A DNA stretch of 64,000 bases from Candidatus Nomurabacteria bacterium (GCA_943350875.1 CALRAL010000001.1:4829-68828), one strand, 5' to 3'; counted from the first letter of the stretch, positions 36,241-45,686 are shown. The notes: a model not told the origin generated them from the sequence alone. Translations and numbers: made by a program.

Positions 36241-36990
36241 TTAATTTTCTAAAACTTTTCTTGCGTTCCAGTATGCACACCAATCACAATGCTCACCAGA
36301 TTTTGGTATCACATCACTTTCTAAACATTTTTTAATTTCAAACAAAGTTTTTTCAACCCAAGAATCATCGCCTTTGTGTTCAATCAAATTGACATCAAAA
36401 TCAATTCGTTTATCAAATGCTTGTCTATCCATTTTTCCAGTGCAATATACAAAATAACCAATATCAGAGACCTTTAGCCCATTCTGCCTCAAAAGCCACT
36501 GATACACCTCCATTTGGCGTTTATAGCCATCTTGCCACTCTTTATCCAGCGCTTTAACAGCTTCATCCTTTGCAGTGGCTTTATAATCCACGACAATATA
36601 CTCGTCTTTTCCGTTGATCCACAAATCATCAATCGCACCAGTTACCAAAAGTCCAGTCGGCTCATGCAAATATCTAATACCACCAAAATTTCTTCGCCAT
36701 TCATCAAGCTCTTTGTGAGACATTGGTCGTGCGTCAATTCCATATTCTTTTTGTAGTGGGTGCTGTTCGTTTTTTGTACGGTATGAATCAAATTCTTGTT
36801 TAAGAAGATAATCAACCGCACTATTGATAGAAAACGGAAATCCGGGTACTCGTTTTACACCAAGTTTGTTATCAATGTAAAAACATCGTGGACACTCTTT
36901 AAACAAATCAATTTTAGAACGAGAAAGTTTCCAGTTCTTTCCGCCATAATTCCACCCATCACCTCTATTTGCTTTATAGTATTCAGACAT
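36241..36990 (-). CDS. Cas4/RecB-like PD-(D/E)xK nuclease with four Cys (CxxC...CxxC), putative Fe-S cluster
   Basis: N-terminal CPRC, core GAIDDLWING...DEYIVVDYKATAK (D...E-x-x-x-D-Y-K), C-terminal HCDWC. Confidence 0.65.
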   Translation of the reverse strand: MSEYYKANRGDGWNYGGKNWKLSRSKIDLFKECPRCFYIDNKLGVKRVPGFPFSINSAVDYLLKQEFDSYRTKNEQHPLQKEYGIDARPMSHKELDEWRRNFGGIRYLHEPTGLLVTGAIDDLWINGKDEYIVVDYKATAKDEAVKALDKEWQDGYKRQMEVYQWLLRQNGLKVSDIGYFVYCTGKMDRQAFDKRIDFDVNLIEHKGDDSWVEKTLFEIKKCLESDVIPKSGEHCDWCAYWNARKVLEN

Positions 36991-36999
36991 AAAATTTTG

Positions 37000-38502
37000 T
37001 TAATTATAATATGAGTCAAACACTTGCACCTCCTTTTTGCTAATAAGAGTCTTCGTTTTGCCGATTTTTGCCTTATCAATATATGACCTATCCTCGATTG
37101 ATTTTTTAATCACTGCATCATCAATCCAATCTGTAACAAAGATATTTTGCGCTTCACCATCTACGGCTTTACACAATTTCTCATTAAGCGATAGTTTAAA
37201 TTTCAAACCAATCGACATTCTCTGTATCCAAATTTCAATTAGTCCAGTATTTGAAAGATTACAAATCTTATTCTGAATTTTTAGAAGTAGTTCTTTTTTA
37301 GATTTTATTGTTAGTTTTGATATACAACTCGATACTAAACCAGCGATCACGGGAAAAGCGTTTGGATTGTTATAAGCAATATCAATAAGCAAACTTGTTA
37401 TCAGTTTTTGTTGATTATAAAAATCTTTGTCATTAACCGCATCGAGAATTTTAGACAGTCTATTTTTAAGAGTTCCTGAATTTGGATGCCACTTTCCAAT
37501 TTGTTGGACAATCATTAACTGCCGGAGTAATTCTTTTTTTGATAATTTTTTAGGAACGGCTTCAAATTTAAGAGCCTCTATCTTGTCGGGTTTTATTGAG
37601 CCTGTAACAACATCGTCGCAAGAATATGTTTTATTAGTATTTAGACGGAAACCGAATCCTATCAGTGTTTCGCTTAGACATTTTAGAATTATATCTCCAT
37701 CCATTGTATCATTCGTGAAAATTCTATAATCATCTCGATACCGAAGTATGTGAAATTTTTTATCTTTCAACGTAGTATTAAGTTTGTTTGATAATTCAGT
37801 ATCAGCATAACCTAGGACTATCTCTGCTATAAAATCCATCAAAATACTTCCTTGTGGTATTCCATTAGTTTGACCATAAGACATTGCTTGAACATGGTGA
37901 TCAATTTTATTTCCAAATAAGTCTGCATATTTTTGCTTTTTCTTTGATTCTTCTTTTGTATGAATAGCCCAAGGTATTGAGTGCGTATAAATAGAGCCAT
38001 AACAATCAGTAATATCAGTCTGATATAAAAACTTATATTCCAAAGCTAGAGTTACAGATTTCTTTTCTACATTATTAACCCATTGCGAAATTTGAGATGC
38101 TCTTTGTTTAGATTTATATCTTGGCAATACAGGAATACTTTCGCATTCGATATTTTTATCACCTTGAAATTCTTTAAATCTATCTTGTAAAGATTTCCAG
38201 TTATCTTTCTGTGTGATTACATTTACTAGAGAAACATACAACAACGGGTTTATAATTTCATATTTTCTCCAAGCATATTTTCCATCCTTATTACCATATA
38301 AGATATGATTAACTGTTTCGTATTTTTTCGCTTTTTTAAGATCGTCAAATGTGAGTTCTTTATCTTTAAAATTCTTTGTAATAACAGAAAGTAATTTACT
38401 AAATGAAAAATAGGGTGGCAATTCTATATTAGAAAAGGATTCTTGGTTTATAAAGAATTTTTTTGCATCTGTTGGGTTTAAATTTAAGACATTTTTTGAC
38501 AT
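37000..38502 (-). CDS. Reverse transcriptase of the Abi/UG (defence-associated) type with an alpha-helical C-terminal extension
   Basis: RT motifs QTDITDCYGSIYTHSI (motif 2), NGIPQGSILMDFIAEIVL (motif 4, PQG), HILRYRDDYRIF (YxDD variant), LIGFGFRLNTNKT (motifs 6/7). About 180 aa N-terminal and ~200 aa helical C-terminal regions, with no maturase/En domains. Confidence 0.7.
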   Translation of the reverse strand: MSKNVLNLNPTDAKKFFINQESFSNIELPPYFSFSKLLSVITKNFKDKELTFDDLKKAKKYETVNHILYGNKDGKYAWRKYEIINPLLYVSLVNVITQKDNWKSLQDRFKEFQGDKNIECESIPVLPRYKSKQRASQISQWVNNVEKKSVTLALEYKFLYQTDITDCYGSIYTHSIPWAIHTKEESKKKQKYADLFGNKIDHHVQAMSYGQTNGIPQGSILMDFIAEIVLGYADTELSNKLNTTLKDKKFHILRYRDDYRIFTNDTMDGDIILKCLSETLIGFGFRLNTNKTYSCDDVVTGSIKPDKIEALKFEAVPKKLSKKELLRQLMIVQQIGKWHPNSGTLKNRLSKILDAVNDKDFYNQQKLITSLLIDIAYNNPNAFPVIAGLVSSCISKLTIKSKKELLLKIQNKICNLSNTGLIEIWIQRMSIGLKFKLSLNEKLCKAVDGEAQNIFVTDWIDDAVIKKSIEDRSYIDKAKIGKTKTLISKKEVQVFDSYYN

Positions 38503-38527
38503 ATTCTTTAGTAAACATGGAACGGAA

Positions 38528-40435
38528 CTATCTCCATAAATCTAAAATCGTATTCCTAAGCAAAACATCCTCTTTATTTAGATTGTTTCTTAATTTCTCT
38601 ACTTCATCGTACTTTTTCACTATTTTTATTTGTTCTGAAATTGATGGTAGTGGAATATATATTTTTTCCAATAAATCAGGCGGTGTTAGATATTTTCTAT
38701 TTGTTGATCCAGATGAAGCATTTGCCACTATAGACTCAAAGTCGCCTGATGAAATCACAAGATTAAGAAATTTTGGCAAGATTAAGTCAGTGTTTAATTT
38801 TGCGGTAGCCATGTTCGAAGTCACAACACAATCAGAATAATCTTTAGTTATTAATCCGAATCCACCAGATTTTGTATCAACCTTACACCAGAACAAAGAA
38901 TCATTTTTAACCGGTCTATATTTTAGAGTTTTCTTTAATTCTTTTCCCTTTACAACTTTAGAAATAAAACATCCTTTACCATGCGACCGCACTCCAAGAA
39001 CTTTATATTCCTTTTCATCGACAAGTGATATGGGTTTCTCATTATAAAATGATAGTACTTTTGATAATTTTACAAAATCATCATTTTCAGCATTATGATT
39101 TTTCAAGTATTCATTAGCTAACAGCTTTGATTGTTTACTTAGTAAAATACTTTCTTTTTTAACTATATGAAATACTAAATTGGTTTTGTGTGCTAGTTTA
39201 TAACTTCCTAAAATTGATTTCTTGATTTCATCTAGCAATTCTACACATAATGGTAAATCATTTTTTTCAAATTCTTTTCTTTGTAACCCCAAATCATAGC
39301 CGTCATTTTGAATATCGATAAAATACACAGAATCACTCTTTTTTGAAATCTCTTTATCAAAAAAGAGTATATTTGTTTTGTTGTCTGCGTAAGGATTAAA
39401 AACTCCTGAGGGAAGTGAGATTACAGCCCACAACCAATTATCTTTAACCAATTTTGTTCTAAGAGATCTAAAAGAGCTTTGGGTGTTAAATACTACTCCT
39501 TCAGGAACGATTACTCCGCCTCTACCGTTAATCCCTAAATGTTCTAACATATAATCAACAAAAAGAACTTCCGCTTTATTTGCTTGAACAGAAAATCTTT
39601 TGTGTGGCTTGATTCCGCCTGTTGGTGTCATAAAGGGAGGATTTGCCATTATTACATCGTACATTTCGTCCCACTTCTCATCGCTTGAAAGTGTGTCGTA
39701 TTCAAAAATTTTAGGCTCGGCGAAACCATGCAAATACATATTTACTTTTGAAAGTTTTACCATGTCAGGAGAAATATCATAGCCGACTAAATTATTCATC
39801 AATTTTTCTTTTTCGTCGGGGGTAAGTGGCTTGTCTTTTTGTTGTTTGAGAATATGTTTGTATGCAGAAATTAAAAATCCAGCCGTACCGCAAGCAGGAT
39901 CTAAAATTTTATCTCCTTTCTTTGGGTCTACTACCTCGGCTATAAAATCAATAATGTGGCGTGGTGTGCGAAATTGTCCTGCATCGCCTTGAGAGCCGAG
40001 AATAGAGAGTAAATATTCAAAAGCATTTCCTAAATCTTCGCTGTGGTCATAAGTAAAACCGTTAATTTCTTTCAAAAACAAAGTTAAAGTTTCGGGACTT
40101 CGGTATGGAAGAAAGGCATCTTTGAAAATATCTCGGAATAATTGTGGGATGTGTGGATTTTGAGACATTTTAGCAACGGCTTCGCCATAAAGCTCTAAAC
40201 GCTCATGTCCACCGAGTTTTTGGTCAAGTAATTTCGTCCACGCATATTTTTCAAAACCTTTTGTGAAAAATCTTGCTTTTCCGCCAAGTTCAATCGCTTC
40301 TTTATCCATATCGTCCATAAACTTGTAAATCAAAGCCGTTGTGATTTGTTCAACTTGGGCTTTTGGGTCGGGGACTTTGCCGACAAGAATATTGCGGGCA
40401 GAGTCAATTTTTCGTTTTGTTTCTTGAGTAAGCAT
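38528..40435 (-). CDS. N6-adenine DNA methyltransferase fused to a single target-recognition domain (M-S fusion)
   Basis: Motif I ILDPACGTAGFLIS; motif IV MANPPF; C-terminal TRD ending in the HsdS-type conserved block IYIPLPSISEQIKIVKKYDEVEKL. Confidence 0.8.
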   Translation of the reverse strand: MLTQETKRKIDSARNILVGKVPDPKAQVEQITTALIYKFMDDMDKEAIELGGKARFFTKGFEKYAWTKLLDQKLGGHERLELYGEAVAKMSQNPHIPQLFRDIFKDAFLPYRSPETLTLFLKEINGFTYDHSEDLGNAFEYLLSILGSQGDAGQFRTPRHIIDFIAEVVDPKKGDKILDPACGTAGFLISAYKHILKQQKDKPLTPDEKEKLMNNLVGYDISPDMVKLSKVNMYLHGFAEPKIFEYDTLSSDEKWDEMYDVIMANPPFMTPTGGIKPHKRFSVQANKAEVLFVDYMLEHLGINGRGGVIVPEGVVFNTQSSFRSLRTKLVKDNWLWAVISLPSGVFNPYADNKTNILFFDKEISKKSDSVYFIDIQNDGYDLGLQRKEFEKNDLPLCVELLDEIKKSILGSYKLAHKTNLVFHIVKKESILLSKQSKLLANEYLKNHNAENDDFVKLSKVLSFYNEKPISLVDEKEYKVLGVRSHGKGCFISKVVKGKELKKTLKYRPVKNDSLFWCKVDTKSGGFGLITKDYSDCVVTSNMATAKLNTDLILPKFLNLVISSGDFESIVANASSGSTNRKYLTPPDLLEKIYIPLPSISEQIKIVKKYDEVEKLRNNLNKEDVLLRNTILDLWR

Positions 40436-40438
40436 AAT

Positions 40439-42925
40439 TTACATATAAGTATTTACGGACACATAATCTTTGACATATTCCGGTATCACTTCACGAAAGC
40501 CGTTTAGCTCTTTGAAATCTCCCATTGATACTTTTGGATTTGTAGCAAAACGACCATATTCTTTTGATTCCACAATCTCACGAATTTCATTGTCGGTTAT
40601 GTATGCCTTTAGGAAATTTTTGATTGGATAGTAATATTTGCTATCGGGTTTGTAGATAGAGATAAACTTTTCAAATTCTTCTTCCAAAAGCTCATCTTTA
40701 TTTTTGAATTTATCAAGGCGACCAAAAATTTTGTCTATGACTTCTCGTAGGGAAATGCGACGATCAACTTTTGCTGATTTTCGGAGTTTTTCAAGGTTGT
40801 AAAATTCCTGCGGTTTATCGAAAATCTCCGTTTTTACATATTCCTCAACGGCTTGCATATCGCCCTGTTCATATTTCTCTTTGATAAATGAATCAGCTTT
40901 GATTGTGTCCTCAAATTTCTCAAAGAGTTTCCTATCAACTTTCATTCCCTCAACGCCTACGGCTTTTTCGTTGAAAGTTTTAAGTGGGTCAGGAGTTCCA
41001 ATAATTATTTCGTCAATATCAACTCCTCCGCCACCTGTACCACCAGTTCCAATTTTTGGTATTTTTAGAATCTCGTCATAGTTAAACTTTTCCTCAAAAT
41101 ATTCGCAGTTTGCAAAGAAATCAAAAAGCTTGAATTTGTCTTTTTCGGTATTATTTTTGTCGCCATCGTTTTCAAACGAAAAAACATATTTTCTTGTACC
41201 ACGCCCTTTGATCTGAATGAAATCTGTCGGCGAGAAAATCGGGCGCATAAGTCCGAGGTTTAATATATTTTGGCAGTCATAGCCAGTAGTCATCATCCCG
41301 ACAGTTACGCAAACTCTCGTTTTACTTGATTTATACCCATCGAGCCATTTTGTATGTCCGTTGAGATTATCATTTGAAAAATTGATTGTGAATTGCTGGG
41401 CGTCGCTGATATTTGAAGTAACTTGAACGGCAAAATCGGAATTGTATTTATTCGGGTAGTGCTTATCAGCTAATTGGTTAAGTATTTGCGTAATTTTTGT
41501 CGCATGGTTTTGACTAACGCAATAAATAATACTTTTACCAATTTCTCCACTCACTGGATCAACAAGAGCATTTTTGAGAAAAGTTTCGCAAAAAATCGTG
41601 TTTGTCTTATCCGAGAAAAATTTCCTTTCAAAATCCTTTTGGTAAAAAGTTTGTTCCTCTTTTCCTTCCTCCGTATCAACAAGCAGAGAATATCCCTCAT
41701 CAGATAAAAGCTGTGTTGTTATTTCTGTTCGAGCGTCAGCAACGATAGGATTTACCAAAAATCCCTCTTTCACACCATCTAACAAGCTGTAACGGAAAGT
41801 TGGCTCACCGTTTTCGCAACCAAAAGTAGTGTATGTATCAAGAAGTTGCCGACGCTCCCAAGCTCGCGGGTCTTTTTCGCCTAATTTTACAGGGTCAATG
41901 CCTTTGAGATAATTTTTCGGTGTTGCTGTAAGTCCCAGTTTATACCCAACAAAGTATTCAAAAACCGCTCTGCTATTTCCGCCGATTGATCGGTGCGCTT
42001 CGTCTGAAATAATAAGGTCAAAATCTGTCGGAGAGAAAAGTTTTTGATATTTATCAGAAATGCTTTGAATCGTGGTAACGACAATTTCTGCCTTTCGCCA
42101 ATCATCACGATTTTCTTTATATATCACAGTCGTATAATCTTTTGAAAGCCACTTTTTGAAATTTTTTGCCGCCTGATCTTCAAGCTCTATGCGGTCTACT
42201 AAAAACAATACTCTTTTCGCGTTTCCTGTTTTAAGAAATAATTTTATAACGGCGGCACAAGTAAGGGTTTTACCTGTTCCAGTCGCCATTTCAAAAAGAT
42301 AACGATCTTTTCCACTACTAGCCCAGCCCTGTAATGCCTCAATCGCTTTCAACTGGTACGGACGCAGAAATTTTAGGTCGTATTCTTTTACAAGTTCAGA
42401 TTTCTTGTCGTCGTTCCATCGTGGGTCTTTTTGATAACTAGGATTTTGTGTTAGTGCGATATAATCGGCAGTCAATTTTTCGTCCGCAAGTTTTTTCGGG
42501 TCTGGTTTGAATGCTTCAAAATGCTTCAGAGATTCCTGTGTTGGGAAAACTGTAATTATTTGTGGATTACCTCGCTCCAAATCCCAAAAATAATGTATAT
42601 TGCCATTTGAAAGAATTATAAAACGAACATTGAGCGATTGAGCATATCGACGAGCCTGTTCTTTTCCGTTCAGAGGGTCTTTCTCTTCTGATTTCGCCTC
42701 CAAAACTAAATACGGGAAACCTTTTTCGTCGAGCAAGAGAAAATCGACAAAGCCATCTTTCGTTTTATCAAAATCATTACCAAGCTCATCAACGGCATTT
42801 TTTGTCAGCTTCACATTGTTTTCTAGAGCAATGTTTGCTGTGCCTTTTTCATCGTCAAAAAATCTCCAGTTGGATTCTTGAAGTAAATTATTGATTTTGA
42901 TTCTGGCTTTGGCTTCTTTTTGCAT
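40439..42925 (-). CDS. Restriction subunit: N-terminal Mrr/PD-(D/E)xK nuclease plus SF2 helicase-like ATPase (HsdR / Type ISP-like)
   Basis: VDFLLLDEKGFPYLVLEAKSEEK nuclease motif; Walker A MATGTGKT; DEAH-box LIISDEAHRS; 828 aa. Confidence 0.8.
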   Translation of the reverse strand: MQKEAKARIKINNLLQESNWRFFDDEKGTANIALENNVKLTKNAVDELGNDFDKTKDGFVDFLLLDEKGFPYLVLEAKSEEKDPLNGKEQARRYAQSLNVRFIILSNGNIHYFWDLERGNPQIITVFPTQESLKHFEAFKPDPKKLADEKLTADYIALTQNPSYQKDPRWNDDKKSELVKEYDLKFLRPYQLKAIEALQGWASSGKDRYLFEMATGTGKTLTCAAVIKLFLKTGNAKRVLFLVDRIELEDQAAKNFKKWLSKDYTTVIYKENRDDWRKAEIVVTTIQSISDKYQKLFSPTDFDLIISDEAHRSIGGNSRAVFEYFVGYKLGLTATPKNYLKGIDPVKLGEKDPRAWERRQLLDTYTTFGCENGEPTFRYSLLDGVKEGFLVNPIVADARTEITTQLLSDEGYSLLVDTEEGKEEQTFYQKDFERKFFSDKTNTIFCETFLKNALVDPVSGEIGKSIIYCVSQNHATKITQILNQLADKHYPNKYNSDFAVQVTSNISDAQQFTINFSNDNLNGHTKWLDGYKSSKTRVCVTVGMMTTGYDCQNILNLGLMRPIFSPTDFIQIKGRGTRKYVFSFENDGDKNNTEKDKFKLFDFFANCEYFEEKFNYDEILKIPKIGTGGTGGGGVDIDEIIIGTPDPLKTFNEKAVGVEGMKVDRKLFEKFEDTIKADSFIKEKYEQGDMQAVEEYVKTEIFDKPQEFYNLEKLRKSAKVDRRISLREVIDKIFGRLDKFKNKDELLEEEFEKFISIYKPDSKYYYPIKNFLKAYITDNEIREIVESKEYGRFATNPKVSMGDFKELNGFREVIPEYVKDYVSVNTYM

Positions 42926-42931
42926 AAAAAT

Positions 42932-43219
42932 TTATTTCAAAAGTTCGCTACTGGAAATCCCCAACGCATTAGCAATCTTTTCCAAGGTGGAAAGAGTGGG
43001 GTTCATACGACCATTCTCAATATTGCTAATATATGCTCTATCCACACTCAAAGCGGTCGCAAGGTCTCCTTGCGACATATTCTTTTTCAGACGCCATTTT
43101 CTAAGGTTTTCACCTAATTTCTTGCCAGATGACATATTTTGTATTTTATTCTCACTTGCATCATATTGCAATCGTGTAATATAATGCACATAGCCCGACC
43201 GAGCCCCGTTTCCGCCCAT
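42932..43219 (-). CDS. XRE-family HTH transcriptional regulator (putative controller of the defence operon)
   Basis: LRKWRLKKNMSQGDLATALSVDRAYISNIENGRMNPTLSTLEKIANALGISSSEL. Confidence 0.75.
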   Translation of the reverse strand: MGGNGARSGYVHYITRLQYDASENKIQNMSSGKKLGENLRKWRLKKNMSQGDLATALSVDRAYISNIENGRMNPTLSTLEKIANALGISSSELLK

Positions 43220-43382
43220 ACAATTTCAAAAAGAATCCCCCCGCGAAAAAAATTAGAATGAAAGGCGGAATGGGGCGAGGGCGGAGCGCCGAGGCTTTGC
43301 GAGGCGCTGGTCGGTATTAGTCAGCATCCGGATTGTTTTGGAAAAAAGTTCGGATTTTATTCAAGAGACACAGCCCTGAATG
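43195..43382. repeat. Inverted repeat D, right copy
   Basis: See 35556-35760; abuts the recombinase-element inverted repeat at 43371. Confidence 0.8.
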
Positions 43383-45068
43383 CAAATCGCCGTTTTCGCC
43401 AAAATGCGGAGCGTCGCAAAGCGACGCGACCGGAGTTTCCGCCAGAATTCGCCAAGGGTTTTTGAAATCCAAAAGGAGCGAGCGGGACGCGAGGCGGGGG
43501 TTCTCTGTTCTCCGAACAGTCAAAACAAAGTTTTGTGAGCCAATCTTGAAGCGATAATTATCAATATTTAACATAAACCTTTTTCTATGAACAAATTCTT
43601 TCTCTACGCTAGAAAATCTACCGACGAGCCCGATCGTCAGATTTTGAGTATTGAAGCGCAGATTGACGAGTTGAAAGAATTTGCCACGCGAGAGCAGTTA
43701 GAGATTCTTGAAACTTTTATTGAATCACAGACCGCTAAAGAGCCGGGTAGACCTATTTTCAACAATATGCTCTCGCTCATAGAAAAAGGAAAAGCGTCGG
43801 GAATTTTAGCTTGGCACCCCGATAGATTAGCGAGAAATAGTATTGATGGCGGAAAGATAATCTATCTGTGCGACCTTGGCAAAATTAAAGAGCTAAAATT
43901 CCCGACCTTTTGGTTTGATGCTACGCCACAAGGTAAGTTTATGTTAAATATTGCTTTTGGGCAGAGCAAATACTATGTAGATAATCTTTCAGAGAATGTA
44001 AAGCGTGGACTTCGACAAAAAGTAAGACGAGGCGAACAAAGTGGTCAAGCTCCGACAGGATATTTGAATGACAAACTAAACAAGAAAATTATTCCCGACC
44101 CTGAAAGATTTCGCCTCGTCAGGAAAATGTTCGAAGTCTACGCTACTGGAAATTATTCTCTGAAAGAAACAAGGAATTTGCTCGCCCAAAAGGGCTTGGT
44201 GTCTAAAAATGGTAAAGTTCTCACTATTTCAAACACACAAATGATATTGAAAAATCCTTTTTACTACGGAATGTTTTTATTTAATCGAGAACTTTACCAA
44301 GGAAAGCACGAGCCAGCGATTTCAAAGAAACTTTTTGATAAGTGCGCAGAGGTATCGGCGAGGAACGCTCACCCAACAAAGCGAGGAATTATCAAACACA
44401 CTTTTCGCGGAATATTTTTTTGCGGAGAATGTGGCTGTGGTATCACCAGCGAAATACAAAAAGGTCATACCTATTATCGTTGCACCAAAAAGAAAGGTGT
44501 TTGCACACAAAAATATATCCGCGAAGAATTCCTCGCCGAACGAGTAAATGAGACTATCAAAAAGGTTTCTTTGCCGTCCGAGTGGAAAGAATTCATGCTC
44601 GCTGAACTAGATAAGGAGCAAGCGAGCAGTTTCCACTCTGACGAGCTTTTCGTTCAAAATTTGAAAAATCAAATCAAAAGTGTTGAGGAGACGCTGGACA
44701 GGCTTCTTGACGCTCATTTGGACAGCACAATTACGAGCGATGAGTATATCGCCAAAAAGCAAAAGCTCCTCAACCAGAAAATTGATTTTTCAGAGAAATT
44801 GAAAGATTTTGAACGAAAAGGCAATCGCTGGCTCGAACTTTCTAAACAATTTATTTTAGACAGCAACCAAGCCTTAATTATCGCTTCCGAAGAAAATCTC
44901 GAAGCCAAAAGAGATTTTCTTAAAAAGATTGGCTCGAACCCCCGCCTCGCGTCCCGCTCGCTCCTTTTGGATTTCAAAAACCCTTGGCGAATTCTGGCGG
45001 AAACTCCGGTCGCGTCGCTTTGCGACGCTCCGCATTTTGGCGAAAACGGCGATTTGCATTCAGGGCTG
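43371..45068 (+). mobile_element. Serine-recombinase element 2: recombinase gene bounded by perfect ~133-bp terminal inverted repeats (43371-43503 / 44936-45068)
   Basis: The reverse complement of 44936-45068 equals 43371-43503 (CAGCCCTGAATGCAAATCGCCG...GCGTCGCAAAGCGACGCGACC...GAGGCGGGGGTTC). The outer end overlaps the 3' end of tRNA-Gln. Shares the GCGTCGCAAAGCGACGC hairpin core with element 1. Confidence 0.75.
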
Positions 45069-45125
45069 CGGGTCAGGGACTCGAACCCCAATACCATCCT
45101 CCAGAGGGATGTGTCCTACCGTTAG
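43587..45125 (+). CDS. Large serine recombinase, paralogue of the 22901-24493 gene
   Basis: FLYARKSTDEPDRQILSIEAQIDELKEF...AWHPDRLARNSIDGG...NPFYYG...CGECGCG...YYRCTKKKGVC. The C-terminus reads through the TIR and the antisense tRNA, so the true end is uncertain. Confidence 0.8.
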   Translation: MNKFFLYARKSTDEPDRQILSIEAQIDELKEFATREQLEILETFIESQTAKEPGRPIFNNMLSLIEKGKASGILAWHPDRLARNSIDGGKIIYLCDLGKIKELKFPTFWFDATPQGKFMLNIAFGQSKYYVDNLSENVKRGLRQKVRRGEQSGQAPTGYLNDKLNKKIIPDPERFRLVRKMFEVYATGNYSLKETRNLLAQKGLVSKNGKVLTISNTQMILKNPFYYGMFLFNRELYQGKHEPAISKKLFDKCAEVSARNAHPTKRGIIKHTFRGIFFCGECGCGITSEIQKGHTYYRCTKKKGVCTQKYIREEFLAERVNETIKKVSLPSEWKEFMLAELDKEQASSFHSDELFVQNLKNQIKSVEETLDRLLDAHLDSTITSDEYIAKKQKLLNQKIDFSEKLKDFERKGNRWLELSKQFILDSNQALIIASEENLEAKRDFLKKIGSNPRLASRSLLLDFKNPWRILAETPVASLCDAPHFGENGDLHSGLRVRDSNPNTILQRDVSYR

Positions 45126-45135
45126 ACGAACCCGC
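45067..45135 (-). tRNA. tRNA-Gln (CTG)
   Basis: Minus-strand GCGGGTT-CG-TCTAACGGTAGGACA-CATCC-CTCTGGA-GGATG-GTAT-TGGGG-TTCGAGT-CCCTG-ACCCGC-A. Short D-arm; moderate confidence. Confidence 0.6.
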
Positions 45136-45192
45136 AATATAATGATAGAATAATACAATAATAGTTTTTAATCAAATAGTTTTAAATTCATT

Positions 45193-45654
45193 ATGAAAAA
45201 TAAATCGTTTTCTTTTATTATAGGTATTATTGTAGTCTTAGTGGCTGTTGTAGTCGTATTTATAGGTAATAGCAACAAAAAGATTATTGACTATAAAGCA
45301 AAAACACCTATCCAAAATAACATTAACATTGTCGATAATACAAAAAATACAGTAATTCCGCCTAATAATACAAATATAGGTAGCATTTCTAATACACCAA
45401 ATTCTCCTGCTCCATCTATAAAATCATACACCCTTACTGATGTTGCAAAACATGCTAGCAGTTCTGATTGTTGGACTACCATAAATGGTGCAGTCTATAA
45501 TGTGACGCCTTTTATTTCTCAACATCCCGGTGGAGAAGAAGCTATAATGAGTCTTTGCGGTATAGATGGTTCTGATGGTTTTAATGGTCAGCATGGTGGA
45601 CAACGTCGTCCAGCCAGTGAGCTTGCAAATTTTAAAATAGGGGTATTAAAATAA
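45193..45654 (+). CDS. Cytochrome b5-like haem-binding domain protein, membrane-anchored
   Basis: N-terminal TM; HASSSDCWTTINGAVYNVTPFISQHPGGEEAI (HPGG motif). Confidence 0.65.
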   Translation: MKNKSFSFIIGIIVVLVAVVVVFIGNSNKKIIDYKAKTPIQNNINIVDNTKNTVIPPNNTNIGSISNTPNSPAPSIKSYTLTDVAKHASSSDCWTTINGAVYNVTPFISQHPGGEEAIMSLCGIDGSDGFNGQHGGQRRPASELANFKIGVLK

Positions 45655-45686
45655 TTTTAAAAAACAAAAACAAAGATATAAATATT

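Noticed and set aside
35816-36335. Four overlapping Arg/Pro/Ala-rich ORFs (72-115 aa) in the GC-rich region
   Set aside because: Open frames are expected by chance in high-GC DNA. There are no start context or motifs, and the region is dense in RNA-like hairpins.
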